Shown here: positions 31,438-40,221 of the stretch, piece by piece
Layout: every line of letters starts with the position of its first letter
Position numbering within the stretch: position 1 is the first letter of the stretch
Assembly (NCBI GenBank): GCA_963851265.1
Contig: CAWKNZ010000010.1
Span: 1-64,000 of the forward strand
Source: an uncultured Gemmatimonadales bacterium
GTDB taxonomy: Bacteria; Gemmatimonadota; Gemmatimonadetes; Gemmatimonadales; Gemmatimonadaceae
Direction: 5' to 3'
Length of the DNA: 64,000 bases
Program-made: the position numbers and the translations under genes
The notes under the pieces: generated by a model
The model's database searches: none
The model's input: only the letters and a program-made list of their open reading frames with translations
What the model was told of the DNA's origin: nothing

Positions 31438-32159
31438 CCGCGTACCTCGCCGCCGGCCGCCTGGTCCGCCGTCGCCAGTGCCGCCGCGAATGCCGCGAGC
31501 TTCGCCGGGTCGAGCCGCCCGCCCGTGCGCACCCCGCTGCACACGTCGAGGCCGAACGGCGCGACCGCGGCGACGGCGGCGCCGACGTTCTCCGCGCGGA
31601 GTCCGCCCGCGAGGAACACCGGCACGCCGGCCGCGTGGGCGGTGTCGCGGACCCGGCGGCTCAGCGCCCAGTCGTGGACGCGGCCCGTCCCGCCGAGCTC
31701 CTTCACCGCGAGCCGTGGATTGCCGGAATCGAGGAGCAGCGCGTCGACGTGCGGCAGCGCCGCGGCCGCCTCCTCGACGCTCGCCTCGTCGAGCACGTGG
31801 ATGACCTGCACGAGCCGCACGCCGGGAAGTGCCGAGCGGACGTCGGCGAGTGCGTCTGGCGCGACCGCGTCGACGAGCTGCAGCGTCGCCGCGCCCGCCG
31901 CTTGGGCCTGGGCGATCAGCCCCGGCGCGTCGGTGCGCGAGGTGAGCAGGAACGTGGCGATCGGGACGGGCACGCGCGCGGCGACCGCGGCGACGGTCGC
32001 GTCGTCGATCACGCCCGGCCCACTCGGCATCGCCGAGACGAGCCCCACGGCGTCGGCGCCGTGGGCGACGGCCAGTCGTGCCTCGTCGACCGACGCGATG
32101 CAGCAGACCTTCAGGCGGGTTCTCCCCGGGACCAGGGGTGTGCCGTCGGACGTTTTCAC
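31434..32159 (-). CDS. trpF: phosphoribosylanthranilate isomerase
   Basis: KVCCI, GADAVG, LLLDSG, LGGTGRVHDW, FLAGGL, DVCSGV. Confidence 0.88.
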   Translation of the reverse strand: MKTSDGTPLVPGRTRLKVCCIASVDEARLAVAHGADAVGLVSAMPSGPGVIDDATVAAVAARVPVPIATFLLTSRTDAPGLIAQAQAAGAATLQLVDAVAPDALADVRSALPGVRLVQVIHVLDEASVEEAAAALPHVDALLLDSGNPRLAVKELGGTGRVHDWALSRRVRDTAHAAGVPVFLAGGLRAENVGAAVAAVAPFGLDVCSGVRTGGRLDPAKLAAFAAALATADQAAGGEVRG

Positions 32160-32523
32160 GGATGGGCCGGGGAGCGGTCACCCGGCGCCTCGATCCGGCG
32201 CGGCACGCGGGCGAGTATCAGGTCGTTGCGCATCCAGGAAGGGTGGCCGGTTCGCGCCGGCGAAGGAACCGGTGGGGCGCCCGACGGTCGCCCGCAACAC
32301 GTCACGCCACGCAGGTTGCTGTACCCGCAGCCACACATGCCGCTTAGCGCACGCGCCGAAGCACTACTCCGACACTTCGATGTGCGGCGCAGGCCGTTTT
32401 GAGTCGCGACGGCCCCGACCGTCACGCGCCGGCCCGATGTGCCGGCCTGCGTGCGATGGGCGCGACCCGCTCGTCGGGACCGAGGGCCCGCCACCTCCGG
32501 TGCGCCCGGGGGCGTCGCCCCGA

Positions 32524-33621
32524 CTACGGTCGTGCCACGACCCGTGGAGCGCGCCACACCTGCCCGCCCCGCAAACGGAGCACCAGGGCCGTCGCCGGGG
32601 CGTCGCCCGACCGCTCGAACTCCGCCGTCGTGCCGGACGACAGTGTCGCGGTCGAGAACTGCAGGCCCCCGAGCGAGCGCAGCTCGAAGCGCGGCCACAG
32701 CGGCGGGACCATTGCCGCGTAGAGGAGTGCGCCTTCGCCGGTGACGCGCATCGTCACGCCGGGGAGCCCGCCCTCGCCGAACCGGTACTCCCCGACGAGC
32801 GCCTCGAGCACGTCGGGCGGCACCGGCGGGTGCGCCTCGACGCGGCGGAGCGTGAGGTCGAAGCGGTACGCCGACGTCGGCACGGCCGGTATTGCCGCCA
32901 GCACCTGGGCCACAAGTTGGGCCACCGGTCGGACGCTCGGCGCGTCGGCGGCCGGATTGGCAGCCGGCTGCGGCTCGTGCACCGCGAAGCACCGGGCGCG
33001 CTCCGCCTCCGGCAGCGCGCGCACCAGTAAGTCGGTCGCGTTGAGCGCCTCGCCGGGGAAGAACATCTGCGTGACGAGCTCGTGGTAGCCGCGGCGTGCC
33101 AGCCGGAAGTGGATGTGCGGCGTGCGCCACGCCGTGCCCTCGGCTGGCTTCCCCGCCGCGAACTGCGTCGGGTACGGCCCCGGCTTCACGGTCGTGAACG
33201 CGTACTGCCCGTCCGCGTCGGTGACCAGTTCCGCGCGCCCCTGGAAGTGCGGGTCGACAGGCGTCGGGTTCTGGTCGCGCTCGTGCGAGTAGCGCCCCTT
33301 CGCGTTCGCCTGCCACACCTCCACCACGGCGCCCGCGATGGGGCGGCAGTCTTCGTCGAGCACGCGCCCGTGCACGCGCATGACCTCGCCACTGGCGCGC
33401 TCCGTGTGCCCCCGGATGAGGGTCAGGTCGGCGTCCTTGTCCGCCTGGTCTGTGTCCGGGTAGAACGGCCCCGTCTCCTGAGCGGGCGTCTCGCTCGCGC
33501 ACGTGGCCGCGGTCGCCCCAGGGGGGGCCGCTCGCGCCCCGAGCCCGCCGAGGACGCTCCCGGCCGTCGCGCCGAATCCGAGTTGGAGCAGTGCCCGCCG
33601 GTCCATTCGGTCGCCCGCCAT
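32524..33621 (-). CDS. Tat-signal intradiol ring-cleavage dioxygenase (protocatechuate 3,4-dioxygenase-like) with extra C-terminal domain
   Basis: DRRALL twin-Arg; GPFYP, EVWQANAKGRY, KPGPY, WRTPHIH, LVTQMFF; ~100-aa C-terminal extension; GGAGG RBS. Confidence 0.85.
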   Translation of the reverse strand: MAGDRMDRRALLQLGFGATAGSVLGGLGARAAPPGATAATCASETPAQETGPFYPDTDQADKDADLTLIRGHTERASGEVMRVHGRVLDEDCRPIAGAVVEVWQANAKGRYSHERDQNPTPVDPHFQGRAELVTDADGQYAFTTVKPGPYPTQFAAGKPAEGTAWRTPHIHFRLARRGYHELVTQMFFPGEALNATDLLVRALPEAERARCFAVHEPQPAANPAADAPSVRPVAQLVAQVLAAIPAVPTSAYRFDLTLRRVEAHPPVPPDVLEALVGEYRFGEGGLPGVTMRVTGEGALLYAAMVPPLWPRFELRSLGGLQFSTATLSSGTTAEFERSGDAPATALVLRLRGGQVWRAPRVVARP

Positions 33622-33771
33622 GTCGCCTCCCGCGCGCGGTGAGAGCACGTCGGCGCGCCACGCCGTACCCGGCGCGCAGGGTGCGCCAACATAGGGCGGG
33701 CCGGAGTGCGGGGCCAGAGGCCGCGGCTCGTGACAACCGGGGCCGAGCGCATGAGATGGGGCGAAGTAGTG

Positions 33772-34476
33772 CTATGCGGGCGCGATCAACTCGAACACAC
33801 CGATCGGGCGCGCGCTCGACTGACGCGCGGCGTCGGCAACGCTCCACTTGGTCACGCGGACGTCCCAGCCGTCGGCCTCCATCGCCTCGAGCATGCGGTA
33901 GCTCAACGGGCGGAACGGGTCCGAGGCGAGCACACGTCCGCCCGGCGCGAGGTTCTGCGCGAAGATGCGGCGCAGGTCGGACTGCGTACCTTCGGCGTAC
34001 AACACGTCCGCGCCGAGGATGTAGTCGTAATGCGTCGCGTCGTCCCACGCCGTCCAGTCCGCGAGACGGTACGTGATGCCACCAACGCCGTTCCGCGCGC
34101 CGTTCTGCTCGCACAGCGTCATCGCGTCGGTGTTGCGATCCGTCTGCACGACGCGCGCACCGAAGGACGCGGCGACGATCCCCGGCAGTCCCGTACCGGC
34201 CCCGAGTTCGAGCACCTGCGCGCCGCGCAACGCCTCGCCGCGCGCAGCGAGGTCGTGGGCCAGCGCGATCGCGGCCGGCCACAGCACCGCACCGTACGGC
34301 GCACGGCCGGCTCCTTCGCTCAGGAACCGTTGTTCGTCCTCGAACGTCAACACCTCGCCGGTGTGCACGACCGTCCACTCGCGCCCGCCGAGTCGAAGGC
34401 GATATTCGTACAGCGGGTAGTCGGCCCCGGCCCCCGGCGCACTCGCCAGGGGCCGACCGTGGTCGGGCGAAGTCAT
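33772..34476 (-). CDS. class I SAM-dependent methyltransferase (Methyltransf_16, protein-lysine-MTase-like)
   Basis: PYGAVLWPAA, VLELGAGTGLPG, QTD, ILGADVLY. Confidence 0.87.
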   Translation of the reverse strand: MTSPDHGRPLASAPGAGADYPLYEYRLRLGGREWTVVHTGEVLTFEDEQRFLSEGAGRAPYGAVLWPAAIALAHDLAARGEALRGAQVLELGAGTGLPGIVAASFGARVVQTDRNTDAMTLCEQNGARNGVGGITYRLADWTAWDDATHYDYILGADVLYAEGTQSDLRRIFAQNLAPGGRVLASDPFRPLSYRMLEAMEADGWDVRVTKWSVADAARQSSARPIGVFELIAPA

Positions 34477-34564
34477 GCCGTTCGCGTCGCTAGTGTTCGT
34501 TGGCCTGCTTCAGCTTGCGACGCCCGTCGGCGCCGTCGACCACCGTACCCCCTTCATCTCCTCC

Positions 34565-35209
34565 GTGCAACCGCAAACGCTTGCCGTGCTCGGCGCGACG
34601 GGTCGCACCGGCCGCCGCGTCGTCGAGTACGCCCTGTCCGCCGGCGACGCCGTACGCGCCCTCGCACGCGACCCCGCCGCTCTCGACGACCTGCGCGACC
34701 CGCGGCTCACCGTCGTCGGCGGTGAGGCCGAAAACCCGGACGCCGTCGTGAGACTCGTCGACGGAGCCGACGCGGTGATCTCCGCCCTCGGCGGTGGCAC
34801 GACCGCGGCACCCGGGCGGACGCGGTCGGTCGGGGTCGCGAACGTGGCGAAGGCCCTCGCCGCCGGCGGCCGGCCGGACGCGCGTGTGCTGATTGTCGCC
34901 GGCGGCGGCATCCTCGACGCGCCCGGCGGCGGGCTGCGCCAGGAGCAGCCGGGCTTCCCGGCCGTCTTCCGCGCGGTGTCGGAGGAGCACCGCCGCGCGT
35001 GGGAGGCCGTGCGCGACACGGCGCTCGCGTGGACGGCCGTGTGCACCGGCGACATCCTGCCCGGCGAGCGCACCGGCGTCTACCGCGTCGCGGCCGACGT
35101 GATGCCCGACGGCGGCCGGCGGATCTCGGTCGAGAACCTCGCCGACTTCCTGCTTCGGGAGTGGCGGGACGCCCGATTCGTCATGCGCCGCGTCGGGCTC
35201 GCCGACTGA
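34565..35209 (+). CDS. NAD(P)H-binding oxidoreductase (biliverdin reductase B/flavin reductase-like)
   Basis: VLGATGRTG, ALARDP, DAVISALG, ISVENLADF; start uncertain. Confidence 0.85.
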   Translation: MQPQTLAVLGATGRTGRRVVEYALSAGDAVRALARDPAALDDLRDPRLTVVGGEAENPDAVVRLVDGADAVISALGGGTTAAPGRTRSVGVANVAKALAAGGRPDARVLIVAGGGILDAPGGGLRQEQPGFPAVFRAVSEEHRRAWEAVRDTALAWTAVCTGDILPGERTGVYRVAADVMPDGGRRISVENLADFLLREWRDARFVMRRVGLAD

Positions 35210-35219
35210 CCGCACGACG

Positions 35220-35244
35220 GGCGCGCCGCGGGCCGCGGCGCGCC
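35220..35244. terminator. GC hairpin between convergent genes
   Basis: GGCGCGCCGCGG-g-CCGCGGCGCGCC; no U-tract. Confidence 0.4.
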
Positions 35245-35270
35245 TAACGGCGAGGCGCGAGACGCGCCGG

Positions 35271-36686
35271 TCAGTCGCCGAGCGTCGCCGCGAGCGGCGC
35301 GATCCGCTCCGCCGCGAGCCGGCGCACGACGGGGTCGACGTCGTCACGAAGCGACCGGCTGAGCGCATGTCCGGCGGGCGCCCCCGAGTGCCAGAGGGAC
35401 GCGAGCGCCGCCGCGCGCAGCTCGTAGTCGTGCGCCCACCGAGTGCGCCCGGTGACGACCGCGTGCAGGTGGCGAACCGCGTCCGGCGACCCGATCCCGC
35501 CGAGGGCGTCGACGAGGTCGTGCGCCACCTCCGCGTCGGCTTCGGCCTCCAGTCGCGCGACGCACGTCGCGGCGGGCACGGCGACGCCGCGCCGGGCGCC
35601 CCGCGCGACCGCCCGCGCCGCGATTCGACGGACGTCGACGGAGCGGTCGAGTAGGGCCGGAACGAGCGCGCCCGCAGCAGCCGCGGAGTCGATCTGGTCG
35701 AGCGCGCGCGCGGCGGCATCACGCACGCGAGGCTCGGCGGCCATCAGGCAGCGCGCGAGTGGACGCACGGCCTCGTCCAGCCGAAGCTCGCCGAGCACGA
35801 GGGCCACGTTGCGGACCACGTACCACCGCGAGTCCCCGAGCGCCTGCAGCAATGTGTCGACGCCACCACCGACCTCGGCGAGCGCGTCGCAGCAGCGCTG
35901 GCGCTCTCCGATCGATTCCGCGGTCGCGAGCCGTTCGATGAGCAGCGGCACGGCGGCCGACGCGACACACTGCAGCACCGTGGTCGCCTCCGGCGCCGTG
36001 CCGTCGGCGACCGCGTCGACGACCGGGCGCAGGTCGGACCCGACGAGCAGGGCGATGAGTCCGTCGAAACGTCCCGCTGCATCGGGCGCGTCGTGTGCCA
36101 TCACGACCCCGACCGCGCGAGTGAGCACGCGCGCGATGTGCGTTCCCGCGCCCGGCGACGCCGACGCGCGCGTCGCATCGATCCAGGTGGTGAGCGTCTG
36201 GTACGCGCGCGCGACGTCGGCCTCGCCGTCCGACGACTCGAGCCGCGCCAGCGCCGAGTGCACGTCCGCGGTCACCGCGTCACCCGCATCGCCCGCGTCC
36301 GCCGCGTTTGCGACGAGTTGGACGTGCCACGATCGGAGCGCCTCGACTTCGGCCCGCACGTCACGCGCGTCCGGGCCGTCGTACAGCAGCCCGGCGCCGT
36401 GCGCGAGTTCGCGCGCAGGCGCCAGCTGGCGGATGATCAACCGCGCGATGCCGTGGGTGGCGAGCACGCGCGCGACCGCGTCCACCTCGGGCAGCCCCTC
36501 GACCGGCGCGCCGTCGACGGTGAGCCGGGTGCCGTCGACGTGCGCGACGACGCCGGTCCCGCGCGCAACCCGCGCCGCGTCGCGCAGCGCCGACCGCCGC
36601 TCCTCCTGCGACGCGTCGGGTGCGTGGAGCGCCGCGACCAGCCGCGAAAATGCCGCGAGCAGCCGAAGGCCGGCCGGAGGCGTCAC
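35271..36686 (-). CDS. HEAT-repeat protein
   Basis: 'LGDSRWYVVRNVALVLGEL', 'EPRVRDAAARAL', 'DRSVDVRRIAARA', 'DDVDPVVRRLAA'; GTGA overlap with the GAF gene. Confidence 0.8.
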   Translation of the reverse strand: MTPPAGLRLLAAFSRLVAALHAPDASQEERRSALRDAARVARGTGVVAHVDGTRLTVDGAPVEGLPEVDAVARVLATHGIARLIIRQLAPARELAHGAGLLYDGPDARDVRAEVEALRSWHVQLVANAADAGDAGDAVTADVHSALARLESSDGEADVARAYQTLTTWIDATRASASPGAGTHIARVLTRAVGVVMAHDAPDAAGRFDGLIALLVGSDLRPVVDAVADGTAPEATTVLQCVASAAVPLLIERLATAESIGERQRCCDALAEVGGGVDTLLQALGDSRWYVVRNVALVLGELRLDEAVRPLARCLMAAEPRVRDAAARALDQIDSAAAAGALVPALLDRSVDVRRIAARAVARGARRGVAVPAATCVARLEAEADAEVAHDLVDALGGIGSPDAVRHLHAVVTGRTRWAHDYELRAAALASLWHSGAPAGHALSRSLRDDVDPVVRRLAAERIAPLAATLGD

Positions 36687-37255
36687 GCGCGCCCGGCGGC
36701 CGCGTCGTCCACCGCCGCGTCCGCTCCGGCACGCGCTTCGAGGTGCCGCGCCAGGGCGTCGGCGAACGCGCGGAGCGCGGCGAGGTCGTCGTCGGTGAAC
36801 GTGCGCGGGTCGGGACCGATCACGCAGAGCGCGCCCACGCTCTGGCCGCGCGACGTGACGAGCGGCGCGCCGGCGTACGACCCGAGGCCGTCCCGGGCTA
36901 CGAGCGGGTTCGCGCACAGCGCCGGTTCGCGCGCGAGGTCGCCCACGGCGAACACTCCGGCGTGCGCCACCGGGTACCGGCAGAAGCTCCACTCGACGGG
37001 AACGCCGCCGGCGTCACGCATCCAACCCTCGAGCCCGTGCGAGCTGAGCACGCCGACCGCGTCGTCGTACACGACGTTCACGAGCGCCGTCGGCGCGTCG
37101 AGTCGTTGGGCCGCGGCGCGCACGGCCGCGCGGAGGATCTCGTCGTCGCTTGCCGTCGCGAGACCGAGGCGGGCCACTTCCGCGAGGCGTTCGGCGGCGT
37201 GGATCGCCGCGTCCTCGGGGGTCGGATCGACGGATGGCAGGGCGGCGGAGGTCAC
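36683..37255 (-). CDS. stand-alone GAF domain protein
   Basis: 'ERLAEV..LGL', 'APTALVNVV', 'WSFC', 'NPLV...GLGSYAGAPL....GQSVGALCVI...PRTF'. Confidence 0.88.
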   Translation of the reverse strand: MTSAALPSVDPTPEDAAIHAAERLAEVARLGLATASDDEILRAAVRAAAQRLDAPTALVNVVYDDAVGVLSSHGLEGWMRDAGGVPVEWSFCRYPVAHAGVFAVGDLAREPALCANPLVARDGLGSYAGAPLVTSRGQSVGALCVIGPDPRTFTDDDLAALRAFADALARHLEARAGADAAVDDAAAGRA

Positions 37256-37608
37256 GCGGGGGGGGCTGTGGCGTCGGTGGCGTCAGCGGGCGCGCCGGAG
37301 GCGCGAAGCGCGAGGCAGGTGTACGCCCGGAGCCGGATGAGCATCGACCGGCCGACGATCCCGGTCATCCCCGTCCGCTGGATGAGGTGTTCCGCGATCC
37401 GTTCCAGGTCGGCGAGGGTGTGCGCGTGGGCGTACGCGCCGACGGCGCACGCGCGTAGGGCGGCGTCCCACGCCGCCTCGGCCGCGCTCGCGCCCAGTTG
37501 GCGTCGAAGCGCTACGTGGAAGTCGGTCTCTGACGGGGGCGCGAGCCCGTACACCGGGACGGCGGCAGGGGCGGACACGGGCGCACTCGCGGTCGGTGCG
37601 GCAGGCAT
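37252..37608 (-). CDS. small helical hypothetical protein coupled to the GAF gene
   Basis: 118 aa, amphipathic ('YGLAPPSETDF...LERIAEHL...GRSMLIRLRAY'); stop overlaps the GAF start (GTGA). Confidence 0.65.
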   Translation of the reverse strand: MPAAPTASAPVSAPAAVPVYGLAPPSETDFHVALRRQLGASAAEAAWDAALRACAVGAYAHAHTLADLERIAEHLIQRTGMTGIVGRSMLIRLRAYTCLALRASGAPADATDATAPPA

Positions 37609-37715
37609 GCAGGACGGCGGCGGGGCGTTCGCGAGTTGCGGGGCTTCGACGCGGCGGGGGACGCGAGGCAGACGACCGCGCACCGAGCCCGCAACCCGAC
37701 GTCCGGCGGAGCGCG

Positions 37716-38450
37716 TCAGGCTAGCGGCAGCGCGAGGCGGTACCCGTCGCGCCGCACCGTGACGATGAGCTCCGGCGTGGACGGCACCCGCTCGACCTTC
37801 CGGCGCAGGTTCGTGACGTGGACGCGCACGCTCTTCACCGCGTCGCCGAACGGCTGACCCCAGACCGCGTCGAAGATCTCCTGGTGCGTCAGTGTCCGCC
37901 CCGCATGGACGGTGAGCGTGCGGAGAATCTCCCACTCGGTGCGCGTGAGACGCAGGTCGCGTCCGTCGCGCATCGCCACGCGGCCGTCCACGTCCAGCTC
38001 GAGGTCGCCGATCCGTAGTCGCGCACGAGGCGGTACCTCGGGCCGTGCGGAGCGCACGCGGGCGGCGCGGAGGCGAGCGCGCACGCGCGCGGCGAACTCG
38101 CCGGCGCCGAACGGCTTCGTGACGTAGTCGTCCGCGCCCGCATCGAGCAGGCGCACCTTGTCCGCCTCGCTCCCGCGCCCGGAGAGCACGAGAACGGGGA
38201 CGTCGGTCCACGCCCGGAGTGCGCCACAGACCGCAGCGCCGTCCATGTCGGGGAGTTCGACGGCGAGCACGACGAGGTCGGGACCGCGCGCTGCCGCGAT
38301 CGCGGGCGCGACGCGCAGCGCCTCGCGCCCGGTGGTCGCTACGTACACCGTCGCTCCGAGCGCCTCGAGGACGTGGCGCACGGAGAGGCGGAGTGCGGCG
38401 TCGTCGTCGACGACGAGGATGGTTGGCGGCGAGGGCGCGTGAGAGAGCAT
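37716..38450 (-). CDS. OmpR/KdpE-like response regulator with atypical receiver
   Basis: ILVVDDD, PDLVVLAVELPDMDG (Asp site is Ala), GADDYVTKPF, wHTH 'LTRTEWEIL', 'VRVHVTNLRRK'; alternative start 38519. Confidence 0.9.
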   Translation of the reverse strand: MLSHAPSPPTILVVDDDAALRLSVRHVLEALGATVYVATTGREALRVAPAIAAARGPDLVVLAVELPDMDGAAVCGALRAWTDVPVLVLSGRGSEADKVRLLDAGADDYVTKPFGAGEFAARVRARLRAARVRSARPEVPPRARLRIGDLELDVDGRVAMRDGRDLRLTRTEWEILRTLTVHAGRTLTHQEIFDAVWGQPFGDAVKSVRVHVTNLRRKVERVPSTPELIVTVRRDGYRLALPLA

Positions 38451-38630
38451 CGCGGGCTCGGCCGCCCGGGGCTCGCCAGCGCCGGGCACGGCGCGCGGCG
38501 TGATCGCATCCGACGGCATCGGGGTCCTTATACAGTAGAAAGTGTCGCCATTCCGGTGGCGTGTCTCGCACTGAAGACGCCCAACGTGGCGCACGCCCGG
38601 ACGCGCGGGTTGCCGCGCGTGTGACGCACG

Positions 38631-38665
38631 CCGACTTCCGACCGATTTCACGCCGACCTTCCGAC
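38631..38665. promoter_or_regulatory. 11-bp-period direct repeats; candidate OmpR/PhoB-type binding site
   Basis: CCGActtccga / CCGAtttcacg / CCGAccttccg at 38631, 38642, 38653 in the divergent regulator-eutB gap. Confidence 0.4.
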
Positions 38666-38832
38666 GCGTCGACGGTCGGACTTCGATCGCGCGATGCCGG
38701 GTTGACGCGGCCGCGACGGCGCGCGTACCTGTTCGTCGCTCGCGTCGTCGAGTCGGCGACGTAGCCCCGCGCGGGCGCGGGTTCGCAGCGAGAACCCGGA
38801 GAGGGGCCACGATCTCGCCCACGTACTCGCCC

Positions 38833-40221
38833 ATGTACTCGCACGTCGTCGGACACGAGCGGTACCGCTTCGCGGACCTGCGCACGCTCCTCGCCCGCGC
38901 GTCACCGCCGCGGAGCGGCGACCGGCTGGCCGGCCTCGCGGCAACGAGCGAGGCGGAGCGCATGGCGGCGCGCCTCGCGCTCGCCGATCTCCCGCTCGCG
39001 ACATTCCTCACAGAGGTCGTCATCCCGTACGAGGATGACGAGGTCACCCGCCTCATCGTCGACGACCACCACCGCCCGGCATTCGCCCCGGTGGCGCACC
39101 TCACGGTCGGCGGCTTCCGCGACTGGCTGCTCTCGCCGGCCGCCGACGACGTGGCGCTTGCGGCACTCGCCCGCGGCCTCACCCCCGAGATGGTCGCCGC
39201 GGTCACGAAGCTCATGCGACTGCAGGATCTGGTGCTCGTCGCCCGAAAGTGTCGCGTGATCACGCGCTTCCGTACGACGATCGGCCTCGCGGGCCGGCTC
39301 GCGACGCGGCTACAACCCAACCACCCGAGCGACGACGCGCGCGGCATCGCGGCGAGCGTGATCGACGGGCTGCTGTACGGCGCGGGCGACGCGGTGATCG
39401 GCATCAATCCCGCGACCGATGCGCCCGACGCGGTCGCGGGACTCCTCGAGATGCTCGACGCGCTGCGTCAGCGGCTGGATGCGCCCGTGCAGTCGTGCGT
39501 CCTGTCGCACGCGACGACGACGCTCGACCTCGCGCGGCGCGGTGCTCCGGTCGACCTGCTCTTCCAGTCGGTGGCCGGGACGGAGGGCGCCAACCGCGCC
39601 TTCGGCGTCACGCTCGCCCTCCTCGACGAGGCGCACGACGCGGTCCGCTCGCTTGGCCGCGCGCCGCCCGACGGCCAGGTGACGTATTTCGAGACGGGCC
39701 AGGGAAGCGCGCTGAGCGCCGAGGCGCACCGCGGCGTCGACCAGCAGACGTGCGAAGCGCGGGCGTACGCCGTGGCGCGACGCTACGCGCCGCTGCTGGT
39801 CAACACCGTGGTCGGGTTCATCGGCCCCGAGTACCTGTACGACGGCAAGCAGATCCTCCGCGCCGGGCTCGAAGACCACTGCTGCGGCAAGCTGTTGGGC
39901 CTGCCGATGGGCTGCGACGTCTGTCACACCAGCCACGCCGAGGCGGACGAGGACGACATGGACGCGTTGCTCACGATGGTGGCGGCCGCGGGCTGCTCGT
40001 ACGTCATGGGCGTGCCCGGCGGTGACGACGTCATGCTTCACTACCGGAGCACGAGCTTCCACGACGCACTATACCTGCGCGAGGCGCTCGGCCTGCGACC
40101 CGCACCGGAGTTCGAGTCGTGGCTCGACGCGGTCGGGATCTTCGACGGCCACAACCGCCTCGTCGACCCGCGCCGCGGCGCGGGCGCGCTCGCGCGCGAA
40201 CGCGCCCGCCTGCTCCCGTGA
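38833..40221 (+). CDS. eutB: ethanolamine ammonia-lyase large subunit
   Basis: RSGDRLAG, RLQPNHP, GDAVIGINP, YFETGQGS, NTVVGFIGPEYLYD, MGCD. Confidence 0.96.
   Translation: MYSHVVGHERYRFADLRTLLARASPPRSGDRLAGLAATSEAERMAARLALADLPLATFLTEVVIPYEDDEVTRLIVDDHHRPAFAPVAHLTVGGFRDWLLSPAADDVALAALARGLTPEMVAAVTKLMRLQDLVLVARKCRVITRFRTTIGLAGRLATRLQPNHPSDDARGIAASVIDGLLYGAGDAVIGINPATDAPDAVAGLLEMLDALRQRLDAPVQSCVLSHATTTLDLARRGAPVDLLFQSVAGTEGANRAFGVTLALLDEAHDAVRSLGRAPPDGQVTYFETGQGSALSAEAHRGVDQQTCEARAYAVARRYAPLLVNTVVGFIGPEYLYDGKQILRAGLEDHCCGKLLGLPMGCDVCHTSHAEADEDDMDALLTMVAAAGCSYVMGVPGGDDVMLHYRSTSFHDALYLREALGLRPAPEFESWLDAVGIFDGHNRLVDPRRGAGALARERARLLP

Noticed and set aside
32337..32402. Possible 21-aa peptide MPLSARAEALLRHFDVRRRPF as a trpF leader
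   Set aside because: Opposite strand to trpF, no Trp codons, no clear RBS.
38520..38832. Cobalamin riboswitch upstream of eutB
   Set aside because: No recognisable B12-box elements by eye; an Rfam scan would be needed to exclude it fully.
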